Shown here one piece after another: positions 1 to 9,600 of a stretch of DNA of 64,000 nucleotides. Location: NCBI GenBank assembly GCA_047601445.1, contig JASGJH010000001.1:1792001-1856000 (forward strand), read 5' to 3'. The notes beneath the pieces are model-generated. The model was given only the letters and a program-made list of their open reading frames with translations, did no database searches and was not told where the DNA came from. Origin of the DNA: Myxococcales bacterium (GTDB lineage Bacteria > Myxococcota_A > Polyangia > Polyangiales > DASUME01). The position numbers were made by a program, and so were the translations under genes. Each line of letters opens with the position of its first letter. The first letter of the stretch is position 1.

Positions 1-1
1 C

Positions 2-202
2 GACGAAGACCTCGGAGAACGCATCGTGGCCTACGTGGTGCTCTACGATCACGAGCCCCAGCCGCCCGAGCAGGAGCTAGTGGATCACGTGGCGAAGTCA
101 CTCGCCCCCCACAAGCGACCGCGCGAGGTGCGCTACGTGAGCGAGCTTCCGCGCAATGCGATGGGCAAAGTTCAGAAGGCCAAGCTACGCGAACTCTCGT
201 GA
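2..202 (+). CDS. Acyl-CoA synthetase / AMP-binding enzyme, C-terminal fragment (5' end outside window)
   Basis: Frame 2 reads DEDLGERIVAYVV...LAPHKRPREVRYVSELPRNAMGKVQKAKLRELS* (TGA 200-202). This is the AMP-binding C-terminal domain with the A10 motif PRNxxGK. Confidence 0.9.
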   Translation, partial: DEDLGERIVAYVVLYDHEPQPPEQELVDHVAKSLAPHKRPREVRYVSELPRNAMGKVQKAKLRELS

Positions 203-211
203 GCGCCCAGA

Positions 212-1366
212 TTACTTGCGATCGGCGCGCGCCACGTAAGGCCGGTCGATCTTGCCTTCCCAGATCTGCGACGGGCGGAACATGCGGTTGTGCTCCGTCT
301 GCTCGAACAGATGCGCGAGCCAACCAGCCACGCGCGCGACGGCGTACATGGGCGTGAACAGGTCGGTGGGCAAACCGAGCATCTCGTAGACGATGCCGCT
401 GTAGTAGTCGACGTTGGGGAAGAGATCGCGCGCGCCCACCAGGGCTCGCATTTGGTTCTCGAGTTCCACCGCGGTGTCGTAGATGGCGGAGCGCCCGAAG
501 CGCTCGAACAGCTCGTCGATGAGGCGCTGCTCGATGGTGGCGCGCGGGTCCTTCACCTTGTATTCGCGGTGTCCGAAGCCGCTGATCTTCTCCTTGCGGG
601 CCAGCCGATCTTCCGCCCACTCGCGGATCGCACTGGGGCCGGTGGCTGGGATCGAGCGCAGCATGCGGAGCACGGCCTCGTTGGCGCCGCCGTGCAGGGA
701 GCCCGAGAGCGTGGTGACGGCCGAGGACACCACGGCAAACGGATCGGCGAGCGTCGAGGCCGCCACGCGCGCGCAGAAGGTGGACGGCGCCATCGAGTGC
801 TCGGCGTGCAAGACGAGCATGGTGTTGAGGGCGTTGGCGACCAAAAGCTCGGGCTCCTCGCCGGTGAGCATGTAGAGGAAGTTGGCCGCGTGGTTGAGGT
901 CGGCGCGCGGCGGAATCGGGTCGTCACCGCGGCGGATGCGGTGGAAAGCGGCCACGATGGTGGGCACCTTGGCCACGAGGCGCACGGCGCTCAAGCGCAG
1001 GTAATCCTGGTCGTGGATGTGATCGCCCGGGTAGAACATGCCCATCGCGGCGATGGTGGCCGTGAGCGCGTCCATCGGGTGCCCGCTCTCCGGGAACAGC
1101 TTGAGCATGTCGATGACGCGGAACTTCAGGCGGCGCTCGGCGGCGAGCTCGGCCTTGAATGTGTTCAGCTCCGTGTCGGAAGGCAGGTTGCCGAACAGGA
1201 GCAGATAGGCGACCTCCTCGAAGGTGCAGCGATCCGCCAGGATCTCTACCGGATAGCCTCGGTACTGCAGCCGCCCCGTCTCTCCGTCGATGAAACACAC
1301 GCTCGAGCGCGCCGCGGGCACCCCTGCGAGCCCAGGCACGTAGGGGACAACAGTCTGTTCCGACAT
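212..1366 (-). CDS. gltA: Citrate synthase (short type, ~384 aa)
   Basis: Motifs GRLQYRGY, HAEH, LHGGANE, GFGHREYKVKDPR, FPNVDYYSG. Start placed at MSEQTVV (ATG 1366) so that it does not overlap the upstream gene. Confidence 0.92.
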   Translation of the reverse strand: MSEQTVVPYVPGLAGVPAARSSVCFIDGETGRLQYRGYPVEILADRCTFEEVAYLLLFGNLPSDTELNTFKAELAAERRLKFRVIDMLKLFPESGHPMDALTATIAAMGMFYPGDHIHDQDYLRLSAVRLVAKVPTIVAAFHRIRRGDDPIPPRADLNHAANFLYMLTGEEPELLVANALNTMLVLHAEHSMAPSTFCARVAASTLADPFAVVSSAVTTLSGSLHGGANEAVLRMLRSIPATGPSAIREWAEDRLARKEKISGFGHREYKVKDPRATIEQRLIDELFERFGRSAIYDTAVELENQMRALVGARDLFPNVDYYSGIVYEMLGLPTDLFTPMYAVARVAGWLAHLFEQTEHNRMFRPSQIWEGKIDRPYVARADRK

Positions 1367-1383
1367 GGCGACAACGTTACGCG

Positions 1384-2301
1384 CTAGACCCGCGGCGGCA
1401 AGTTGGTCATGCCGCGCAGCATGACCGGCCCGGGGTAGACGCTGGCGCGTCGTAGCTCCCGCTGGGCCTCCGGCACCTGCTCGAGCAGGGTGCGCACGTG
1501 CTCGGGTGTCACGGCATCCTCGCCGGACAACAGCGTGGCGCCCTCCCCCACGAGGTCCACCGCGCGCTCCGCATAAGCCGTAGGCGAAAGCGGAGTCGGA
1601 CCGCCCTGCCAAACTCCCCAGGGACGCGCCAGGTTCGAGAGCGCACTGATGGCCCGCAGCTCGCCGGCAGGGTCGCTCGGGATGGCGATGAAGCCGCCCG
1701 CACCGGCTCCGGCCAAGGCATCACAGACGGCCTCGAGCCCCTCGCCGTCGGGCAAGCTACCGGTCTCGAGCACGCGCATGGAGACCAGGACCGGCAGGCC
1801 CGTGAGCAGCGCCGCGCTGGTGGCGGCGACGGCCTCACGCAGCGAACAGGCCGCGTCGACGATGATGAGGTCGCAGCCCGAGGCGGCCAGCCGCTGAGCG
1901 TGGGCCGCCTGCTCGGTGCGCAGCCTGGCGTCCGTATTTTTCATGGGTGGCAGCATGCCGGCCACGCACACCGCGCGCCCCGACGACTCGGCCACCTCGC
2001 GCGCCACGTCCACCGCCAGCGACGTCAGCTTGGCCGCGCGATAGCCGTAGCCCACGCGCTGCAGGGCCTCGGGCGTGGTTTGCACCGTGTTGGTGCGCAA
2101 CACGTGCACGCCGGCCGCGCAAAAGCTCTCGTGGATGGTGGCGAGCAGCTGGCTCTGGCCAGGGAGCACGCCGGCGGTCCCCATGCCTTCGTCGATACTG
2201 AACCCGCTGCGACGGAGGGCCCCGCGGATCCCGCCGTCGAGTACGACGGGCGTTCCCGCTTCGAGGCGAGCCAACAAGCCCTGAGCACCCGAAATCTGCA
2301 C
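1384..2301 (-). CDS. Homocysteine S-methyltransferase family protein, degenerate (Zn-ligand cysteines absent)
   Basis: Family motifs VLDGG, IHESFCAAGVHVLRTNT, VAGMLPP and TPEHV are present. The expected GGCC reads SGED and no GxNC motif is visible. Confidence 0.8.
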   Translation of the reverse strand: MQISGAQGLLARLEAGTPVVLDGGIRGALRRSGFSIDEGMGTAGVLPGQSQLLATIHESFCAAGVHVLRTNTVQTTPEALQRVGYGYRAAKLTSLAVDVAREVAESSGRAVCVAGMLPPMKNTDARLRTEQAAHAQRLAASGCDLIIVDAACSLREAVAATSAALLTGLPVLVSMRVLETGSLPDGEGLEAVCDALAGAGAGGFIAIPSDPAGELRAISALSNLARPWGVWQGGPTPLSPTAYAERAVDLVGEGATLLSGEDAVTPEHVRTLLEQVPEAQRELRRASVYPGPVMLRGMTNLPPRV

Positions 2302-2373
2302 CTACCGAGGATACGAAATCGCTCGAGACTCCGTAAACGAGAACCAGCCTACGCCCGCAGAAGAGGGCGCAGC

Positions 2374-2925
2374 TCAGGGTGTGGTCAGAAGTGCGCGGAC
2401 CAGGGCGCGAGCCAGGCGCGGGCGCGTGGTACCCACCTGGAGGGAGATTTCCGGGCGCAACGCCCGGATGGGGGTCGGCCAGCGCTCGGGCGCAAGGTCG
2501 CCGGTGACGAGCACACTTGCGGCGGCCGCGAAGGCCAACAGGGCGGGCGTGCCCACCATCAGCCAGCAGGGTTGCTGCGCGAGCTCCGGGGGCAATCCCA
2601 GCAGGGCGTCGGCGTAGTGCTCGGGCGCGCTGCTCACGGCGCGCAGGTGGACCTGACGTGCAGCCGCCGAAATCCTCGGGGAAAGCGCGCTGGGCAGCTC
2701 CGGAACGGCGTCGAAAGCGGTGAAGACCACCGGCACCCGCGGGCCCTCCTCTGCGCACGCCTCGAGCGCGTCGAGCGCCCACAGGGTGGCAAGGTTCCCT
2801 TGCTCGGTGTCGGTCACGGACAGGCAGCGCCCGGGCAAGAGCACCCGATCGGCCGGCCCCCCCGCCGCGAGCTCGGCGGGGGTGAGCGGAGCCGAACCGT
2901 GTAGCCTGAGGCGGCGACGTTCCAT
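2374..2925 (-). CDS. Hypothetical protein (start uncertain: 2925 or 2976)
   Basis: Fills the gap upstream of, and co-oriented with, the HMT-like gene. Protein-like composition; no recognised family. Confidence 0.6.
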   Translation of the reverse strand: MERRRLRLHGSAPLTPAELAAGGPADRVLLPGRCLSVTDTEQGNLATLWALDALEACAEEGPRVPVVFTAFDAVPELPSALSPRISAAARQVHLRAVSSAPEHYADALLGLPPELAQQPCWLMVGTPALLAFAAAASVLVTGDLAPERWPTPIRALRPEISLQVGTTRPRLARALVRALLTTP

Positions 2926-3019
2926 GGTGAAGCCAGCTATGGAGCAGGCGTTTCGATGCGCAAGCTGGTCTCGCATGTTCGACACACCGAAATGCCTTCG
3001 GTAAAGTGCGCCCACGGGG

Positions 3020-4855
3020 ATGGACGTAACCTGCGACAAATGCGGAGCTGAGTACGAGTTCGACGAGACGCTGCTCGGAGACAAGGGCGCTACCGTCAAA
3101 TGCTCAAGCTGCCAACACGTGTTCCGCGTGTTGGGCCGGAAGGAGCCCGGTCGCCCCGCTCTCAAACTGCGCTTCGCGAAGTCGGGTCGGGTCGAGACAC
3201 TGAGCTCGCTGCGCGAACTTCAACTCCGCGTGCGCAACGGCGAGGTCAGTGCCGACGATCTGCTCGGTCGCGATGGCTTCGAGTATCGACGCCTCGGTGA
3301 CGTTCCCGAACTCAAGAACTTCTTCGCCCGCCCCACCGGTCCCAGCGGCACGCTGCGTCCGGATCAGGCTGCCCGACACGTTCAAGTCAGCGAGACTTCC
3401 ATGCCACCCGCATCCAAAGAAAACTCCCAGGGCAACGCGCAGGACAAGGCCGTCGCCAAGCGCACCATGGTCGGCGTCGGTCCCTTGAACCCGCACATTC
3501 CGGGACCGCCCCGCGTGCCGAACATCCCGGGCGGGCTGCCGCCGCCCTCCGCACGACCTGCAGCCGCTGCGCCCGAACCGGCGCGCCTCGGGCCTGCCCC
3601 CATCAGCAGCGTTCCCACCAACCCGAACGCGCGCTCGCCGGCGGCCGGTGTGCCTGTCGCGGCATCGCCCGCAGCAGCACCGATGCATCAGCCGAGCGCC
3701 ACCTCGGCCGCAGGCGGCTACGAGCCACGTCGTGCCCCTGTGAGCCAGGCCCCGACCACCCAGGGCTCGGTGCCGCAGGCAGCTCACACCCAGCACGGCA
3801 TGCCGCAGGCGGCCCCCTACGCAGCGACTCAGTTCGCCTCGGAGGCACCGGCCATCGCGCGGCCGCTCGGCAACACGCCGCGCAGCCTGGACGGCGCCGG
3901 CGCAGCAGGCGCCCCGGCGAGCAAGCCCGCTCCCGGCATGAAGCTGTATTTGTCCGAAGACGAAGCGCCCCCTGCACGGGCCACCGCGGGCAGCTCGAAG
4001 ATCTGGGTTTACGCCGGTCTCGCAGTCTTGCTCGGGGGCGCCGGTTACGTGGGCGTGACCATGCTGAACAAGTCGGATGCAGGCGCCGAGCCCGCGCCGG
4101 CTGCAGCGCCGCGGGTGGAAACGCCTGCCCCTGCGCCGGGCAGCGAGCAGCCGCCCGCTACGCCGCCGGTAGCGGCACAACCGGGTAGCGCGACGGCCCA
4201 GGCACCGACCACGCCGACGCCCCCCAACACGGCGGGCAAGCCCGAGGCGGCGCAAGCGCCAAGCGTTCCAGCCGCACAGCCAGCCCAGGCCGCGGCCGCC
4301 GAAGACGACGACGCCGATCGCAAGGGCAAGGGGCGCGAGAGCCGAGGCAGCAGCGGCGGAGCCACGAGCGGCAAGGATCCCACCGACTACAGCGGCTGGG
4401 TGAGCCGAGGCGATCAGCTCACCTCGCGCGGCGACCTCGAGGGCGCTCGCAAGGCCTACGAGAGCGCGCTCGCCCTGCGCGGCACCGGGTCCGAAGCAAA
4501 CACGGGCCTCGGCTTCGCGCTGCTCGCCGAAGGCAAGGCACGCGACGCCATTCCCCACTTCGATCGCGCCGCCGACAGCGGCTACGCCGAGGCCAACATC
4601 GGGTTGGGCGACGCCTATCGCAAGCTCGGCCAGAAGAGCAGCGCCATCGAAGCCTATCAGAACTACCTCGAGCGCCTGCCCACCGGCTCCAAGGCGAACT
4701 ACGCGCGCACGCAAATCGAGACCCTCAAGGGAGGCTCGAGCAACGAGGCCCGCGAGCCGCCACCGGCCGCAGCCGACGACTATAAGCCGGCGGGAGAGAT
4801 GGAAGCTCCCGCAGCGCCCCAGAACGAGCAGCCGAGCGGCGAGAGCACTCCGTGA
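3020..4855 (+). CDS. Zinc-ribbon (MJ0042-type) / Pro-rich / TM / TPR membrane protein
   Basis: N-terminal CDKC...CSSC zinc finger, Pro/Ala-rich linker, TM helix IWVYAGLAVLLGGAGYVGVTML, C-terminal TPR-like repeats (ANTGLGFALL, ANIGLGDAYRKLG). Confidence 0.85.
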   Translation: MDVTCDKCGAEYEFDETLLGDKGATVKCSSCQHVFRVLGRKEPGRPALKLRFAKSGRVETLSSLRELQLRVRNGEVSADDLLGRDGFEYRRLGDVPELKNFFARPTGPSGTLRPDQAARHVQVSETSMPPASKENSQGNAQDKAVAKRTMVGVGPLNPHIPGPPRVPNIPGGLPPPSARPAAAAPEPARLGPAPISSVPTNPNARSPAAGVPVAASPAAAPMHQPSATSAAGGYEPRRAPVSQAPTTQGSVPQAAHTQHGMPQAAPYAATQFASEAPAIARPLGNTPRSLDGAGAAGAPASKPAPGMKLYLSEDEAPPARATAGSSKIWVYAGLAVLLGGAGYVGVTMLNKSDAGAEPAPAAAPRVETPAPAPGSEQPPATPPVAAQPGSATAQAPTTPTPPNTAGKPEAAQAPSVPAAQPAQAAAAEDDDADRKGKGRESRGSSGGATSGKDPTDYSGWVSRGDQLTSRGDLEGARKAYESALALRGTGSEANTGLGFALLAEGKARDAIPHFDRAADSGYAEANIGLGDAYRKLGQKSSAIEAYQNYLERLPTGSKANYARTQIETLKGGSSNEAREPPPAAADDYKPAGEMEAPAAPQNEQPSGESTP

Positions 4856-6606
4856 AGCGTACCCCCTTGGCCGGGCTCCTGCTGCTGGGGTCACTCGCGG
4901 CGGGATCGGGCTGTGGCGAGGCGCGCCGGGACGCATCGCAGCTCAAGCGACCCATCACCGACACGCTCTACGAGCTCGACCTACGCGACGCCCTCCCCGA
5001 GCAGGGAGCGAGCTTCCTGGGGCAGAGCGAGCCAGGCCTGGGCGAAGCCCTGGGCCGACTCAAGGAGTTGTCCGAGGAGCCGCTGGCCAAGGGCCTGTTC
5101 GTGCGGCTCGGCGACCACCAAGGACACCTCGGCGACGTGGAGGATCTGGCCGCGGCGTTCGACGCGTTTCGCGCGCAGAAGCGACCAGTCCACTGTCACT
5201 ACGAGGAGCTCGACAATGCGGGTTACGCGCTCGCTTCGCACTGCGACCGCCTGAGCGCGGGCCCTGCGGGCATGCTGAACCTGGTGGGCCTCGGCGCCCA
5301 GGTGATGCACGGACGCAAGCTGCTCGACTGGCTCGGCGTGCGGGCCGAGCTGATGCAGATGGGCAAATACAAGGGCGCTGCCGATCCGTTCACGCGCGAG
5401 GACATGGGGCCCGAACTGAAGGCCAGCATGGACCAGCTGCTCGACGACCTCGACGCAGCGTTCCGCAACCACCTCAAGATCCGCAACGCGCGCACCCCGG
5501 AGGGGTGGCAGGCCATCCTCGACGCAGGCCCGTACACCGCCAAGGGGGCGTTGGCCCAGAACTTGGTGGACGCGGTCGCGGCGGACGACGAGGCGCGTGC
5601 CAAGGCCAAGGCCGCGGCCTCGGCCCGGGTCATCCGGCCCGTGTTCGACGAACGCTCGGAGAAGAACCTGACCGTGCGGGAGCTGTTCCAGGCGCTGGCG
5701 GGCGGCGAACAGGACACCCGTCCCAAGCAGCCGTACTTGGCCATCGCGCACCTCACGGGTGAGATCATCGAAAGCAAGGAGGGCGCTCTCGACCGCACGG
5801 CGAGCGAGCCGTTCATCCAGGCGCTGAGGCGTTGGGGCGACGACCGGCAAGTGCGCGCCGTGGTGCTGCGCATCGAGTCGCCCGGTGGGTCGGCCCTGGC
5901 GAGCGATCGCATGTGGCACATGGTCCACCGCGTGGCTGGGCGTAAGCCGGTGATCGTCTCGCTGGGCGATGTCGCCGCCAGCGGTGGCTACTATGTCGCC
6001 TCCGCGGGCACGTACATCGTGGCGGCCCCGGGTTCGGTGGTCGGTTCCATCGGTGTCGTGGGCGGGAAGATGGTGGTGCAGGGCTTGGCCGATCGCGCCG
6101 GACTGAAGGTCGATACCCTGCGCCGCGCCAAAAACGCCGTCTGGCTCAGTCCTTTCGAGCCCTTCACGGATAGCGAGCGCGCGCGCTTCGAGGAGATGTT
6201 GGCGGACACCTACCAGCGCTTCCTCGAGCGGATCTCCCTGGGTCGCAAGCGACCCGTGGCGAGCCTGCTGCCGGCGGCCGAAGGTCGCGTGATGGGCGGC
6301 CAGCGCGCCAAGGACCTGGGCCTGGTAGACGAAGTGGGGGGCCTGGGCCGCGCCATCCAGCTCGCCCGGGAGCGGGGCAAGCTGACGCCGCGTTCGCCCA
6401 TCGAGACCTGGCCGAACGACCGGGATGCCTTGCGCGCCCTCACCAGCCTGATTTCGACGCAGCACCCACAGCCCGCGCTCTCTGCCACCGTGGCGCAGGT
6501 CGTGCGCGCCGCCAGGCCGCTGGTCTCGTCGCCGCTGCTGACGGTGCTCGGAGAGATGCGCGAACCGGTGGTACTCGCCCTGCCAGTAGACTTGCGGGTG
6601 GAGTGA
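4852..6606 (+). CDS. sppA: Signal peptide peptidase SppA (S49, two-domain type), probable lipoprotein
   Basis: Motifs GKYKGA, LRIESPGGS, AASGGYY, GSIGV, EGRV; lipobox-like AGSGC; GTGA overlap with the upstream stop. Confidence 0.9.
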   Translation: MKRTPLAGLLLLGSLAAGSGCGEARRDASQLKRPITDTLYELDLRDALPEQGASFLGQSEPGLGEALGRLKELSEEPLAKGLFVRLGDHQGHLGDVEDLAAAFDAFRAQKRPVHCHYEELDNAGYALASHCDRLSAGPAGMLNLVGLGAQVMHGRKLLDWLGVRAELMQMGKYKGAADPFTREDMGPELKASMDQLLDDLDAAFRNHLKIRNARTPEGWQAILDAGPYTAKGALAQNLVDAVAADDEARAKAKAAASARVIRPVFDERSEKNLTVRELFQALAGGEQDTRPKQPYLAIAHLTGEIIESKEGALDRTASEPFIQALRRWGDDRQVRAVVLRIESPGGSALASDRMWHMVHRVAGRKPVIVSLGDVAASGGYYVASAGTYIVAAPGSVVGSIGVVGGKMVVQGLADRAGLKVDTLRRAKNAVWLSPFEPFTDSERARFEEMLADTYQRFLERISLGRKRPVASLLPAAEGRVMGGQRAKDLGLVDEVGGLGRAIQLARERGKLTPRSPIETWPNDRDALRALTSLISTQHPQPALSATVAQVVRAARPLVSSPLLTVLGEMREPVVLALPVDLRVE

Positions 6607-6692
6607 CGCGGAAAGCTCGCGCGGCGCCTTTGCGCGCCGGCTTGAAACCGCCGCTTCCGTAATGGTTCCGCGCACTGATAGGATCGGCGCCG

Positions 6693-9600
6693 ATGTCGAT
6701 TCACGCCATCGCTCCAAGCCCGCTCGCGCGGCTGCTGCTGGAGCTCGAGACGCGCGCCGCTTCGGGGGGCATCGAAGCAGGCGGACGCCGCTTGGTACTA
6801 TTCAAGGGCGGCTTGTTCGACGTGCGGCCTGCGCCAGAAGACGCGTCGCTAGGCGAGTTCTTGGTGGCCGCAGGACGCTTGAGCAGCGAGGACCTCAGCG
6901 AAGGCAAGCTGCTGGCGTCGGAGCGCCGCATTCCGCTCGAAGCAGCGCTACGCCAAAAGGACCTGGTGCCGGTGGAAGCGCTGCTCGAGACGCGTCGAGC
7001 GTTGTGGCTCGACCGCTTTGTGCGCGGCCTCGCAGAGGAGGAGCGCGCTGGCAAACAGCCGGGGCTGCTGCAGCCGGAACCGCATCCCATGCAGGGCGCG
7101 ACGATTCCGCTCTTGCCCTTCGTGCTCGATGGACTCACGCGGCGCGCGAGTGTGGGCGACGCCGAGCAAATCGGACGCGCTTCGGACGCATGGTTCGAGT
7201 GGCTCGATACGCCGCAGCGCGAGCGCGCCGAGGCATGGGCGGACTTTGGGCAACTGGAGAGCCCGGTGCAGACCGCAGGCCTGTTCGCGCGTCATCCTGC
7301 GGCGCCGTCGCGCATCGCGGCCCTGGCGCGTGCAGGCCTTGCGCGCCTGAGCGAGAAGCGTCTGTCCATTCCGCCAGCGCCTCCGCGCACTCCGTCCATC
7401 GCAGCGCCTGCGCCGGAACCCGAAGTCATGGGCCGCGGCAGCATCGAGCCGCCGCCGCTCTCGCCCTTGCCGGTGCTCGCCCCTGGCGAGCCAGGCACGC
7501 GCGGCAGTCCGCTGCGCATCGGTCCCTTGCACTCGTGGTTTCCCGCGGCCGCCGGCACCCTCGATGACCCCCTCGACGCGCTCGAGCGGCGCATCACGCG
7601 TCTCGAACAGACTGGAGCACCCGCCGAGCAGCGCGCTCGTGCTTGGCTCGATCTAGCCCAAGCCTGGCGCGAGCACTTCGATTCCACCGACGAGGCCGCG
7701 CGTGCATGTCGCGAAGCGGCCGCAGCTGCCACGGAGAGCGCAGCGGCGCTGGAGGCGGCTGCTCACAGCTGCGCGATCGTTGGGCGGCCCGATCTCGCCT
7801 ATGCCTACGCGGCCTCCTGGGCAGAGGTGTTGCAGGACCCTGCGCAGAAGGCGCGCGCGCTCGTGCGGGCCGCGGACTACGCGACACGCGCCGCGAAGGA
7901 GGCCAGCGCGCTGCGCCTCTCCAAGCAGGCGGCCGAGCTCGACTCGGACGATGGATCCGTCGCCGAGCGCTACGCGCGGGCGTTGCTCTTGCGCGGCGAC
8001 GTCGAGGGTGCGTTGCGGGCCGCGCGTGACGCTGCCAAGCGCTACCGCGAGCGCTCGCCGCGCGCGGCGCGCGTGGTGCTGGCCTGGGCGAGCAATTTGG
8101 CGCCGAACGATCCCGAGGTGGCGGCGGACTACGCGTCGTGCCTGGCCGCGGAAGGCTTCGTGGAAGCGGGCGTGGCCGTTCTCGCACGCGCTGCACGGCG
8201 CGCACGCAGCCCCGAGACCGCACGCAAGCTCTACCGCAACGCAGCGGTCCGTGCCGAGCTCGCGGCACGCCCCGATCTGGCAGCGGATCTGTTGACCGAG
8301 GCGATCGACGCGCTCGGCGCCGACGATCCTGCGCTCAATCGCGCCTTGCTCAACGATCTCACCAACAGCGGCGAGGTGGTCGAAGTGGCCATCCTCGGTG
8401 CCGAGCTCGCGCAGAGCGCCGAAGGCCCTGCGCGCGCCGAGTACCTGGTGCGCGCCGCCGACGCTCGACTGGAGCTGCCGGGTGAGCCGACCTTGGCCGT
8501 GGAGCTCTACACGCAAGCGCTGTGCGCCGATCCGCGCAACGCGCGTGCGCTCAGTGCGCTGACCCAGAATCGCCGAGGCCGACGCCGAGCCGCGGCGGGT
8601 GAGCGAGGCCCTGGAGCGCGCCATCCGTCAGGCCCGGCCCGGGGAGGCCGTCGGCGTCCTCGTCGAGCGCCTGTTGGCGGTGCTCGCCCAGCGCAGCCTG
8701 GCTCCACAACTCGAACGCTGGGTGCTCGAGCAAGCCAAGAAGCTCGCGCTCCCGCTGGGGCTCTCGGGCGAAGAGCGCTCGGCGCTCGAGTCACGCGAGG
8801 GACGCTACGAGGTGGAGACTCGACGGCTCGACAACGAGTTGCGCAACGCCACGCCCGAGCGCCGCACGCACGCGGCCCTGGCGCTCGCGGATCACTTGCG
8901 CGACGACCCCGGCAAGCGCACGACGGCACAGCGCCTGTACGAGAAGGTCCTCGAAGGCGAGCCCCAGCACCAGATGGCGCGAGCGCGCCTCGAGGGGTTG
9001 CTGCGGCTCCAGGGTGACAGTGAAGGCTTGTGCGTTCTAGCCAGCCAGCGTGTGCAGCACGCCAGCAGCGACTTCATGCGCATCGCGGCGATGCTGAGCT
9101 GGGTGCATGCCGAGTACGCCGCCCAGAACCTGCGCGGCGCGCTCGAGGCCTGCATGTCGCTGTTGTCGCTGGCGCCCAAGCACCGCGAAGGCGCCCTGCT
9201 GCTGCTTCGCCTCTCCAAGCGGCTCGACGATCCCATGCTCACCGCCGACGCGCTCGCGCGGCGCGTGGCGGCCAGCCTGGACCCACGCGAACGCGCCATC
9301 ATGTTGTGCTCCCTGGCCCGCATCTGCGTCGACGCTGGCGATCTCGCGGCCGCTCTCGAGCACGCGGAGACGGCCCTGGCGTCCGACCCCCGTTGCGCCG
9401 CGGCAGCCCTGCTGATCCTGCAAAATCACCACGAACTCGCGCCGCAGCGCGTGCTGCCCCTCTTCCGTGCCGCCCGCAATGTGCTCGGCGAATCGCCCGA
9501 GCTCCTTTCTTTGCTCGCCCAGGCGCAGTACGGCGTCAACGACGCCCGTGGTCAGCGCGAGACCCTCGAAGCCCACCTCGAGCTCGCTCCCTTCGATGCC

